Assembly (NCBI GenBank): GCA_964643225.1
Contig: CAZXQT010000003.1
Span: 45,504-109,503 of the forward strand
Reading direction: 5' to 3'
DNA length: 64,000 nt
Source: an uncultured Lentimicrobium sp.
GTDB taxonomy: Bacteria > Bacteroidota > Bacteroidia > Bacteroidales > Lentimicrobiaceae
Part shown: piece by piece, positions 47,121 through 57,623 of the stretch
Position numbering within the stretch: position 1 is the first letter of the stretch
Layout: every line of letters starts with the position of its first letter
Notes under the pieces: generated by a model
What the model was told of the DNA's origin: nothing
Databases searched by the model: none
What the model saw: the letters and a program-made list of their open reading frames with translations, nothing else
Made by a program: the position numbers and the translations under genes

Positions 47121-48173
47121 ATGAATGCAAACCAGTTTCTTTCCATCATAAGGCAGCCACATACACTGTCTCAGGAAACTCTGGATGAGTTGCGTCAGAT
47201 TATCGAACATAAGCCTTATTGTCAGATTGCCCAAATTTTACTGACATATAACCTAAAGAATGTTGACAGCATTCAATACAACAATCAGTTCAAAATATCG
47301 GTTGCGTATGCCGGAAACAGACATAAATTAAGGCAGTTACTTGAAGGAAAAGCTCACCTGGCCGATGCAGTAGCAGAAGAGACTGACGAAATCCGGATCG
47401 CTGAGGATTCAAGTGCGCAGATACCTGAGCCTCTGAAAGTAGAGATCTCAGCGGATCAACCCGAAAACTCTGTACAGGTAAGTGAAACCATTCTGAAGGA
47501 AGAGCCTGAGCAAACTACAGTATTGACAGAAGCGGTTTTAGTTACAGAAGCCACAGAAGTGGCTGAACTGACAGAAACGACTGAAGTCACCACAAAGGTG
47601 ACAGAACTGGTAGTAGCAGAAAATGCCGCCAGTTTTAACGATGAAGAAGAGTACATCAAACAACTTCAACAAATTGTTGCAAAGCGTTTAGCTGAAATTG
47701 CTTTTGAAAGTGAGCAAGCCCCAATCGTTTCAGAAGTAGTTGATATACCGGAGGCGGAACGGGAACCAGCATTGGAGCATGAACCAAACGAAGAAGAACT
47801 TTTCGATTTTCAGTTTGTTCCGGCATATAATATAGAAGAACTGGAGAGTCATCCTGTAGCGTTGCAGACTGACCCGGCAAATGTCAATTCCGACGTAAGA
47901 GGAAGGGTTGAATTGATCAATAAATTCATCAGGAATGAGCCGAAAATAACTCCCAGAAGGGAATTTTATAACCCGGCTGATATGGCAAAAAGGAGTTCTG
48001 AAGATAGTGATGCTATTGTATCAGAGACACTTGCAAAGATTCACTGGAAGCAGGGTAGCTATATTAAGGCGATTGAAATTTATGAAAAATTAATGTTGTT
48101 AAATCCGGAAAAAAGCATTTACTTTGCAGGCCAAATAAAAAAAGTAAAAGAATCAATTCAAAACATAAAATAA
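47121..48173 (+). CDS. Conserved hypothetical protein with acidic low-complexity middle and C-terminal TPR-like helices
   Basis: Conserved-looking N-terminus (PYCQIAQILL) and C-terminus (LINKFI..EPKI, VSETLAKI..KQG.Y.KAIEIYEKL.L.NPEKS.YFA.QI). Confidence 0.75.
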   Translation: MNANQFLSIIRQPHTLSQETLDELRQIIEHKPYCQIAQILLTYNLKNVDSIQYNNQFKISVAYAGNRHKLRQLLEGKAHLADAVAEETDEIRIAEDSSAQIPEPLKVEISADQPENSVQVSETILKEEPEQTTVLTEAVLVTEATEVAELTETTEVTTKVTELVVAENAASFNDEEEYIKQLQQIVAKRLAEIAFESEQAPIVSEVVDIPEAEREPALEHEPNEEELFDFQFVPAYNIEELESHPVALQTDPANVNSDVRGRVELINKFIRNEPKITPRREFYNPADMAKRSSEDSDAIVSETLAKIHWKQGSYIKAIEIYEKLMLLNPEKSIYFAGQIKKVKESIQNIK

Positions 48174-48182
48174 GAATTCACG

Positions 48183-48512
48183 ATGGCAGCGTATGTATTA
48201 GTATCTGTGTTAATTCTAATCGCCTGTGTTTTACTGGCATTGGTGGTTTTAGTCCAGAACTCTAAAGGTGGTGGTTTAGCTTCAAACTTCTCCTCTTCAA
48301 ACCAGTTTATGGGAGTCAGGAAAACTGCCGATTTCCTTGAAAAAGCTACTTGGTCTCTGGCAATAATATTGCTGGTATTAAGTCTGGCCTCCATATTTGT
48401 TATACCACGTAACGTTACAGTAAAAAATGCAGCTGATACAGAACTTCGTCAAATGATCAACGATCAGGCTGCTCCGGTTCAGGATTTTCAGGAAGTTCCC
48501 CCACAGGAATAA
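48183..48512 (+). CDS. secG: Preprotein translocase subunit SecG
   Basis: LVVLVQNSKGGGL...GVRKTADFLEKATW. Confidence 0.92.
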   Translation: MAAYVLVSVLILIACVLLALVVLVQNSKGGGLASNFSSSNQFMGVRKTADFLEKATWSLAIILLVLSLASIFVIPRNVTVKNAADTELRQMINDQAAPVQDFQEVPPQE

Positions 48513-48533
48513 ATACCTTTTAAAAGATCGTTT

Positions 48534-48572
48534 TAATGTCAGATTGTCATGCAATCTGACATTATTTTTTTT
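48534..48572 (+). terminator. 13-bp perfect inverted repeat plus T8 after secG (terminator and/or operator)
   Basis: TAATGTCAGATTG-tcatg-CAATCTGACATTA followed by TTTTTTTT. Confidence 0.7.
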
Positions 48573-48670
48573 AGGGTATGCCATGACATGTATATAGTAT
48601 ATCTGCATAAGTATTGATAATCAGGCATTAATATTAGATAGGTGGTATTAAAAATGCAGAAAACAAATGT

Positions 48671-48687
48671 TTGGCATAAAATGTGAC
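48671..48687 (+). promoter_or_regulatory. Candidate sigma54 -24/-12 promoter for groES-groEL
   Basis: TTGGCATAAAATGTGAC: GG-N10-GA, against the canonical GG-N10-GC. No TAnnTTTG box seen on the + strand of this spacer. Confidence 0.5.
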
Positions 48688-48734
48688 AAGGCATGTTCAA
48701 CATTGAATGTAAAACTTCTAAAAATTAAATAGCT

Positions 48735-49013
48735 ATGACAAAAGTGAACGTTAAGCCACTAGCTGACCGTGTTTTAGTTGAGCCTGCTGCAGCGGAACAA
48801 AAAACAGCAGGAGGAATTATTATCCCTGATACTGCAAAAGAAAAACCACAAAGAGGTACTGTTGTTGCAGTTGGTAATGGTAAGAAAGATGAGCCTATGA
48901 CCGTGCAGGTTGGCGATACCGTACTCTACGGAAAATACTCAGGAACTGAAATCAGCATAGATGGTAAAGACTATCTGATCATGAGGGAATCTGATATTGT
49001 TGCTATTGTTTAA
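48735..49013 (+). CDS. groES: Co-chaperonin GroES
   Basis: [31 protein letters not shown]. Confidence 0.98.
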   Translation: MTKVNVKPLADRVLVEPAAAEQKTAGGIIIPDTAKEKPQRGTVVAVGNGKKDEPMTVQVGDTVLYGKYSGTEISIDGKDYLIMRESDIVAIV

Positions 49014-49017
49014 TTAA

Positions 49018-50676
<1,659 letters not shown>

Positions 50677-50694
50677 ATCAATCCCAAATAACAA

Positions 50695-50724
50695 CAAAAG
50701 GCCATCTGCAAAGGTGGCCTTTTG
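50695..50724 (+). terminator. Intrinsic terminator after groEL
   Basis: CAAAAGGCCATCT-GCAA-AGGTGGCCTTTTG. Confidence 0.8.
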
Positions 50725-50766
50725 TATTATCTAAGTTCCTATTTTTGTAAATAAAACTTTTGGGCA

Positions 50767-51303
50767 ATGGATAAATTCAAATTTTTATTATTAATACTGA
50801 TACTGCCATTTGTTGCATTAAGCCAGAATGCCGATAATTTTCCTGTCGACGAAAACACCAAACTCATTACTTACCGTGATGTAGTACAATTAAACGGAAC
50901 TCAGGATGAACTTTATATCAGAGGAATTGACTGGATCAACAGTTTCTACAAAAACCCTGCTGATGTATGCCGCGTGCGTAATCGCGAAAGTGGAGTAATT
51001 GAAGTACTGCACCGTATTGAGATCGTAAATGAAAAAGACGGTGGAAAAGTACCGGCAGGTACGGTTAACTATGAACTCAAACTCGAGTTCAAACCAGGAA
51101 GATACCGTTACACAATAACCGATCTGACTCTAAGACAGCCAACCAGATTCCCCGTTGAAAGATGGTTAAACAAAGACGATCCACAGTATATTCCTGAATG
51201 GGACGACTATATGAAACAGGTCGATGCCCGTGTAAATGAAATTATTGCCAGTCTGAGAAAGGGCATGGAACCAGTTGTAGTAAAAGAAGAAGAGAAGTGG
51301 TAG
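50767..51303 (+). CDS. Exported protein, DUF4468-like
   Basis: Signal peptide ALS-Q; ITYRDVVQL.G...ELY....W; LEFKPGRYRYTITDL. Confidence 0.65.
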   Translation: MDKFKFLLLILILPFVALSQNADNFPVDENTKLITYRDVVQLNGTQDELYIRGIDWINSFYKNPADVCRVRNRESGVIEVLHRIEIVNEKDGGKVPAGTVNYELKLEFKPGRYRYTITDLTLRQPTRFPVERWLNKDDPQYIPEWDDYMKQVDARVNEIIASLRKGMEPVVVKEEEKW

Positions 51304-51313
51304 ACAGGTCCTG

Positions 51314-52753
51314 TTACTGAATGCTGACCCTCTTAACCCCTTGATAGTTAATAGTTTTTCTTTCAGAAATATATTTAATCAGGGCGTTTGAGGTAATTAC
51401 AAAAAGTGATTTACCCGGATCTTTATGATCAAAAGTATAGGTGGTTGCCACATAAGAACTAAGGCCTACATTGTAGGTCTTGTTTTTTTTCAGCTTCTTA
51501 CCGCCTTCCAGTTGCATAATCACATCAACTGCCTGATTATTTTTATCGGTAATGATGTCGTACGTCATACCCGATACCTGCAGATCAACTTCCCAGCTGT
51601 TTTTATTGAAAGAATTGATTAGTAACGTTTTAATTTCAGCAGGTTTCATTTTAATCAGGATCACCTCATTGCCAAACGGATCCAGTTTATAGATGTCTTT
51701 AATGGTTATGGGGCCTTCATTGATTGCATCAATTCTAATACCTCCCTGATTCTGGAATGCAATATCCACTTCATCAAGTGCTGTAACAGCATCAGTCATG
51801 AGCGATCCGAGTTCACCAGATCCCAATATCCTTTTCTCCGCAACGCCGATTACCCTGTTTAATTCCTTGTTATCGTTATATCTGGCAATGCTGCTTTCAA
51901 CATTCTGGTCAGAGTTGGTGAAATTACTGATACTTAGCATTTCGGGTTTAACTTTTACAATCTTTCCATCTACAATCCAGATAGTTGCTTTAGCGAGATT
52001 TCTCACATTCGATCCTGACTGCATCACATGTATGTTGTTGACCAGGGTTGAGGGTTTTGTCAGTGTATGTGTATGTCCTCCAAAAATGATATCCAGTTCT
52101 GGCATTTGTCTGGCAAGCTCTACATCACGCTCAAATCCTATATGTGTAAGTGCAACAAAAATATCGGCTGAATCCTTTAAACTGCGGTATTTTACCATTT
52201 CTTCCATACCATCATTAAAAATTAAGCCCTGCAGATTGACCGGATGTGAATCAGGTAAACCGCCATACCCCAGTTGTATTGCACTTAACACAGCAACCTT
52301 TAATCCATTAGGTAGCGATAAAATTGCGTATGGCCTAAACGCATTTGTGCCATCTTGCCTTTTAATGTTTGAACTGATAAATGGAAATTTTGCCTGCGCC
52401 ATTCTTTTCGACAGAATATCCTGACCATAGTCAAATTCATGATTCCCGATTGCCGATACATCGAATCCGGCCATGTTCATAACATCAATCATTGGATATC
52501 CCTTTTCGGGATATTGATCTACAATGGGATTTCCAGTAAAATTATCACCTGCAGCAAACAGCAAAACATTCGGTTCTGCACGTTGAATGCTGTCAACCAG
52601 CCCTTTTAGTTTGCCATAGTTGTCAATCTTTGCATGCTGATCGTTGATCGAGAGCAGTACAACCCTGATAGTATCAGAGAGTGCAGTTGCATTGCCAAAA
52701 CCTGCAATAAGGAGTGCTGCACCTGTCAGCAGAAGCTTTAAATTCCGTTTCAT
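51314..52753 (-). CDS. Secreted bifunctional metallophosphatase / 5'-nucleotidase (UshA-like)
   Basis: Signal peptide from ATG 52753; NDQH, AGDNFTG, IGNHEFDYG, LTHIG, GGHTH, QNQGGIR, PFGN. Confidence 0.92.
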   Translation of the reverse strand: MKRNLKLLLTGAALLIAGFGNATALSDTIRVVLLSINDQHAKIDNYGKLKGLVDSIQRAEPNVLLFAAGDNFTGNPIVDQYPEKGYPMIDVMNMAGFDVSAIGNHEFDYGQDILSKRMAQAKFPFISSNIKRQDGTNAFRPYAILSLPNGLKVAVLSAIQLGYGGLPDSHPVNLQGLIFNDGMEEMVKYRSLKDSADIFVALTHIGFERDVELARQMPELDIIFGGHTHTLTKPSTLVNNIHVMQSGSNVRNLAKATIWIVDGKIVKVKPEMLSISNFTNSDQNVESSIARYNDNKELNRVIGVAEKRILGSGELGSLMTDAVTALDEVDIAFQNQGGIRIDAINEGPITIKDIYKLDPFGNEVILIKMKPAEIKTLLINSFNKNSWEVDLQVSGMTYDIITDKNNQAVDVIMQLEGGKKLKKNKTYNVGLSSYVATTYTFDHKDPGKSLFVITSNALIKYISERKTINYQGVKRVSIQ

Positions 52754-52782
52754 AAAGTTATTGTGGTAGATGAATTTTATAG

Positions 52783-52986
52783 TCAGCATAATTCAGAATC
52801 AATAATCAGTACCGAATCAGGCAACAATCTTCCCTTATCCATGAGTTTGTTGCCATATTGATCGGTAACCTCTGTAGCAACGTGATCGCGAAGCAACTCA
52901 CTGGAATTCAGGTACAGGTTTATTGCATCGACCACTCTGGCACCTTCAAAAATCTCGTACTTTTCGTTGTTGATATATATTGTCAT
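52783..52986 (-). CDS. Small hypothetical protein, possible beta-grasp (ThiS/MoaD-like) fold without C-terminal GG
   Basis: MTIYINNEKYEIFEGARVVDAI...VTDQYGN.L...G.L.....LII pattern; lies about 30 bp upstream of the nucleotidase on the same strand. Confidence 0.6.
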   Translation of the reverse strand: MTIYINNEKYEIFEGARVVDAINLYLNSSELLRDHVATEVTDQYGNKLMDKGRLLPDSVLIIDSELC

Positions 52987-53087
52987 CTATGGTGATGTTA
53001 AGCATAGCAAAAAAAGCAATAAAATGCATTCCTATAACAAACAAATTAAAAAATTGAGTACCATACCAAACACCGGTCTTAATTCGC

Positions 53088-53095
53088 TAAATTTG
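53088..53095 (+). promoter_or_regulatory. -7 box for the mevalonate operon
   Basis: TAAATTTG about 50 nt upstream of ATG 53148. Confidence 0.55.
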
Positions 53096-53147
53096 TACAT
53101 ATTTTTCATCCATGCAGCTCACCGGCTGCAGCAATACCTTTTTAATA

Positions 53148-54482
53148 ATGAACCAACATACTGTTATTAAAGGTTTTTCAAAATTCTCAAAAGAGCAGAA
53201 GATTGATACAATAGCATCCTTCCTTACAGAGTCAGATGAAGTTAAAACTACTATCAAATCATTCTGGCATAGCGATCCCTCTGTTCAGGCTACTTTTGAT
53301 GAATTTAGTGAGAATACACTAACCAATTACTTCATGCCCTATGGTATAGCTCCCAATGTGGCCATTAATGGCGGGCTATACATGGTACCCATGGTAATTG
53401 AAGAGAGTTCGGTAATTGCAGCAGCATCGAAGAGTTCCAAATTCTGGGTTCCTTACGGAGGTTTTCAGAGCGAAATCATTTCCACCACCAAGGTAGGACA
53501 GGTGCATTTTATATTTACTGGCGACTTTGCTTTGCTGCAAGCCAAATTTCCTGCATTGCGGCAACGTATGAGCAACCGTTCAGCGGCTATCACAGCTAAC
53601 ATGGAAAAAAGAGGCGGTGGAGTCGTTTCTATTGAACTTGTTGATAAAACAGCCGATTTGAAAGATTATTACCAACTGGAGGTAAAGTTCGAAACCGTAG
53701 ATTCTATGGGTGCGAATTTTATTAACAGTGTACTGGAAGAATACTCTGCTGAATTAAAAGAGTTTGCCGCCGGGAATGAAGATATCGGGATTGATAACCT
53801 CCAGGTAATAATGGCAATTTTATCAAACTATACACCTGAATGTCTGGTTAAAACATGGGTGGAAAGCGATATCAGCGCTTTTGAATCTGTCGATGAAAAC
53901 CTCACTTCAGAGCAGTTTGCCTGGAAGTTTGAAAAAGCAATACAGATAGCTACCATTGATGTGTATCGTGCTACAACCCATAACAAAGGTATATTTAACG
54001 GAGTGGATGCCGTTATTCTTGCAACAGGTAACGATTTCAGAGCAGTAGAAGCTGCAGGACATGCTTACGCTGCCCGCTCAGGCAGATATCGCAGTCTTAC
54101 CAATATAGAACTCGACGGAAAACGATTCAGATATACCCTTCAAATGCCCTTATCCATTGGTACTGTTGGTGGACTTACCTCTCTTCATCCAATGGCGAAA
54201 TTGTCGCTATCTATTCTGGGTAATCCATCAGCCCCTGAACTCATGCAAATAGCATCGGTTATCGGTCTGGCTAATAATTTTGGTGCGGTAAAATCATTAA
54301 TTACCAAGGGTATACAGCTTGGTCACATGAAAATGCATCTGTTTAATATCCTTAATGTTTTCAGTGCATCCGAAGAAGAAAAGAAACTTGCCGTAGAATA
54401 TTTTAAATGCAACAAAGTATCGTATAATGCGGTTCAAACATTTATAGAATCGGTTCGAAAAGCCGCTCATGAACATATCTGA
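53148..54482 (+). CDS. mvaA: Class II HMG-CoA reductase
   Basis: FSENTL, PMVIEESSVIAAAS, DSMGANFIN, RATTHNKGIFNG, GNDFRAVEA, GLANNF, GIQLGHMKMH. Confidence 0.93.
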   Translation: MNQHTVIKGFSKFSKEQKIDTIASFLTESDEVKTTIKSFWHSDPSVQATFDEFSENTLTNYFMPYGIAPNVAINGGLYMVPMVIEESSVIAAASKSSKFWVPYGGFQSEIISTTKVGQVHFIFTGDFALLQAKFPALRQRMSNRSAAITANMEKRGGGVVSIELVDKTADLKDYYQLEVKFETVDSMGANFINSVLEEYSAELKEFAAGNEDIGIDNLQVIMAILSNYTPECLVKTWVESDISAFESVDENLTSEQFAWKFEKAIQIATIDVYRATTHNKGIFNGVDAVILATGNDFRAVEAAGHAYAARSGRYRSLTNIELDGKRFRYTLQMPLSIGTVGGLTSLHPMAKLSLSILGNPSAPELMQIASVIGLANNFGAVKSLITKGIQLGHMKMHLFNILNVFSASEEEKKLAVEYFKCNKVSYNAVQTFIESVRKAAHEHI

Positions 54483-55449
54483 TGCCCGCATGGTAAATGA
54501 TACTGTTTATTATGCCAACGGAAAGCTTCTGCTTACGGGAGAGTATGTTATCATGGATGGTGCAACTGCCCTGGCTTTACCGGTAAAGTATGGCCAACAA
54601 CTTCACATTATTCCTAACAATCTCGCGGTTATAAAATGGGAAGCTTCTGATGTTCATGGTATATGGTTTGAAGCTACATTTTCCTTGTCGTCGTTCACTC
54701 TTTTATCATCAACAAACGACCGTGCGGGAAACTACATGGAGCGCTTACTAAAAGCAGCATCCGGTTTAAATCCGGCGCATTGTATACAGAAAGGATGTAC
54801 AATACTGACAAGCCTGAATTTTGACCGACAACTTGGCCTTGGCAGCAGTTCAACTGTTATTGCCCTTGTTGCAAAGATTTTCGAAGTAAATAAATATAAA
54901 TTGCATCAATTGGTTTCCGGTGGTTCCGGATACGATGTAGCCTGTTCAGATATAATGCATCCCTTTTTATTCACCCGACAGGGCAATCGGGCGCATATAG
55001 GGCCGGTAAATTTTATGCCACCCTTCCATGATCAGTTGTTTTTCGTTTATCTGGGAAACAAGCAGGACACGGATAAAGAAATAAGTAAATACAGAACGTC
55101 AGTCAAACGAATTACGCAAAAGGTTGTAACGGAAATATCAAATATCAGCAGAGAAGTAATTGAATCAAAAGAAATGAGTACTTTTGCTTCATTAGTTGCA
55201 ATGCATGAAGAAATTATATCGGCCGTTCTTGACCGGCCAGGTATAAAAAACAGATTTCCGGGCTTTCAGGGAGTACTTAAGTCACTGGGAGCATGGGGTG
55301 GTGACTTTATACTTGCTGTGTCGCATGCAGACGAAGCTTATGTAAGGGCATTTTTTTCAAAGTATACTATTGAAACAATTTACCGTTATAGCGATTTGGT
55401 ATTAAACCAGGCAATTAGTGACAACCATGGAGCTTTCATTGAATTTTAA
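54469..55449 (+). CDS. GYDIA-family GHMP kinase (here GYDVA), candidate phosphomevalonate kinase
   Basis: GKLLLTGEY, GLGSSST, GSGYDVAC, KSLGAWGGDF. Confidence 0.85.
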   Translation: MNISDARMVNDTVYYANGKLLLTGEYVIMDGATALALPVKYGQQLHIIPNNLAVIKWEASDVHGIWFEATFSLSSFTLLSSTNDRAGNYMERLLKAASGLNPAHCIQKGCTILTSLNFDRQLGLGSSSTVIALVAKIFEVNKYKLHQLVSGGSGYDVACSDIMHPFLFTRQGNRAHIGPVNFMPPFHDQLFFVYLGNKQDTDKEISKYRTSVKRITQKVVTEISNISREVIESKEMSTFASLVAMHEEIISAVLDRPGIKNRFPGFQGVLKSLGAWGGDFILAVSHADEAYVRAFFSKYTIETIYRYSDLVLNQAISDNHGAFIEF

Positions 55450-56506
55450 AGAAAAGCTGAACGAAGGCCTGAAAACCTGCTGGAAGAGCTCTGCAAACAT
55501 TGCACTGATCAAGTATTGGGGTAAAAAAGGTCATCAGTTGCCTGCAAATCCTAGTATCAGCTTTACACTCAACGAAGCTTATACCATTACAAAAATCGTA
55601 GCGAACCTTCATGAAGCAGGCGATGGACCTATGGTGTCCTTTACATTTGAAGGAGAAAAGAATCCTGCATTCGCACAAAAAATTGAAGATTTTCTTAAAG
55701 AGCTGGTTCCCCAACTTCCGTATCTGCAGTATGCTTCGCTATACATCGAGAGCGGCAATAATTTTCCGCATTCGGCCGGCATAGCATCTTCGGCATCATC
55801 TATGAGTGCCCTCGCTATTGCTGTAGTTTGCCTCGAACAACAGTTGCTCATGCAAAAAGCAGATCAGGATACCATACTTAAAAAAGCCAGCTATATAGCA
55901 AGGCTCGGTTCAGGCAGCGCCTGCCGTTCTATCTACGGAGGCTATAGCATATGGGGCGAACATCCTGATTTTGAAAATTCATCCGATGAATTTGCCATCC
56001 GATGGAATTATCCGTGCGGAGATTTGTTTAGGAATATTAAAGACACCATACTCATTGTAGATCAGTCACAAAAAAAAGTGTCAAGCCGCGTTGGGCACTC
56101 CCTTATGAAAGACCATCCTTTCGCACAGGCACGGTACGAACAGGCAATGCAGAATATGACTAAAATTAAAACTGCAATCATGAACAACGATTGGGACTCT
56201 TTTGCGCTTATCGTTGAAAATGAGGCTATGACACTGCATGCCATGATGATGACCTCTACACCCGGATATATGCTGATGCACCCAAACACTATAAAAATTG
56301 TTGAACTTATTGGCGAAATCCGTAAACAAAAGGATATGAAAATCTGTTATACGCTTGACGCAGGACCAAACATTCATTTGCTCTATCCTGAGGAGGAGGC
56401 TGTGCGGGTTTCATCTTTTATTGAATCCTTGAAACCCTACTGCCATGATGGCAAGATGATTTTTGATTCAATCGGCAAAGGACCTGAAAATTTGCAATGT
56501 AAGTGA
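55427..56506 (+). CDS. mvaD: Diphosphomevalonate decarboxylase
   Basis: SANIALIKYWGK, NPSISFTL, NNFPHSAGIASSAS, ARLGSGSACRS, YTLDAGPNIH. Confidence 0.92.
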   Translation: MELSLNFKEKLNEGLKTCWKSSANIALIKYWGKKGHQLPANPSISFTLNEAYTITKIVANLHEAGDGPMVSFTFEGEKNPAFAQKIEDFLKELVPQLPYLQYASLYIESGNNFPHSAGIASSASSMSALAIAVVCLEQQLLMQKADQDTILKKASYIARLGSGSACRSIYGGYSIWGEHPDFENSSDEFAIRWNYPCGDLFRNIKDTILIVDQSQKKVSSRVGHSLMKDHPFAQARYEQAMQNMTKIKTAIMNNDWDSFALIVENEAMTLHAMMMTSTPGYMLMHPNTIKIVELIGEIRKQKDMKICYTLDAGPNIHLLYPEEEAVRVSSFIESLKPYCHDGKMIFDSIGKGPENLQCK

Positions 56507-57483
56507 AAATGAAAAAAAGACCAGGCATTTTTTACGCCAAGATACTTTTGTTTGGAGAATATAGCATTCTTTGTGACTCCATGGGTCTGACTGTACCATA
56601 TACTCATTTTAAAGGAGAGCTTAGCTTCATAAATGAGGATAAATATACCGATCTCGATTTTGCAACCAGCTCAAATAGGCTACTGCAGGAGTACTCCGGT
56701 TATATCAGGAATCTTAAAGACTCGGGAGCCCTTAAATGTGATTTTGACGTAGATGCTTTTATCGCTGATATTAATTCAGGGCTCTACTTTGAATCAAGCA
56801 TACCACAGGGATATGGAGTAGGCAGTTCCGGTGCATTGGTAGCAGCACTGTTTGAGAGATATACAAATACTACGCTTTCGCGGGAAAAACTACTCTCGAA
56901 AGAAGAAATGCTGCACCTGAAAGAACAACTGGCTCAGCTTGAATCCTATTTCCATGGAACAAGTTCTGGCATGGATCCACTTAACTGTTACCTGAAACAT
57001 CCTTTGCTTATTCATAACAAAAAGGATATTAGTATGGTAGGCATCCCATCGTATGAACACGATCAGAAAGGCGCAATTTTCCTTATAAACACCGGAAGAC
57101 CAGGCAAAACGAATGCTATGGTTAACACGTTTCTTGATCGCTGCAAAATAGATGATTACATGTCCAGAGTCAGAGAAGAACTTATTCCCCTTAACGACTT
57201 GTGCATAAAGAGTCTAATAAAGGGAGAGACAAAGCGTTTCTTCAATACTCTTTTCAGCTTGTCTGCTTTCTTGTATGAAAATCTGGAGCCTATGATACCC
57301 GATGCATTCAAAAAAGTATGGCGGCACGGTCTTGAATCACAATCCTACTACCTCAAATTATGTGGTTCAGGTGGCGGAGGTTTTTTACTCGGCTTTACAG
57401 AGGATTATGAGAAAGCCAAAAAAGATCTGCGTAAACTCGACATTGATATTATTCCTGTATACCGAAACCTGTCAGCATTATAA
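56503..57483 (+). CDS. mvk: Mevalonate kinase (GHMP family)
   Basis: AKILLFGEY, SSIPQGYGVGSSGALVAA, FHGTSSGMDP, KLCGSGGGG. GTG 56503 or ATG 56509 start. Confidence 0.85.
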   Translation: MKMKKRPGIFYAKILLFGEYSILCDSMGLTVPYTHFKGELSFINEDKYTDLDFATSSNRLLQEYSGYIRNLKDSGALKCDFDVDAFIADINSGLYFESSIPQGYGVGSSGALVAALFERYTNTTLSREKLLSKEEMLHLKEQLAQLESYFHGTSSGMDPLNCYLKHPLLIHNKKDISMVGIPSYEHDQKGAIFLINTGRPGKTNAMVNTFLDRCKIDDYMSRVREELIPLNDLCIKSLIKGETKRFFNTLFSLSAFLYENLEPMIPDAFKKVWRHGLESQSYYLKLCGSGGGGFLLGFTEDYEKAKKDLRKLDIDIIPVYRNLSAL

Positions 57484-57566
57484 CTCCTTATAATCATACA
57501 GCAACATAGGTTCAAAAATACTATTTAAAACATAAATTACTCAGAACAATATTTGGGCTATTGTGT

Positions 57567-57596
57567 TTTGTTTTGTATGGTTGTTTGCTACCTTTG
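57567..57596 (+). promoter_or_regulatory. -33/-7 promoter for ade
   Basis: TTTG (57567-57570), 18-nt spacer, TACCTTTG (57589-57596). Confidence 0.6.
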
Positions 57597-57623
57597 GCTG
57601 ATATTTAAATAAGGAGAATAATA

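Noticed and set aside
52967-53170. 67-aa + strand ORF in the spacer before HMG-CoA reductase
   Set aside because: It overlaps the promoter box and both flanking genes, is low-complexity, and has no plausible start context.
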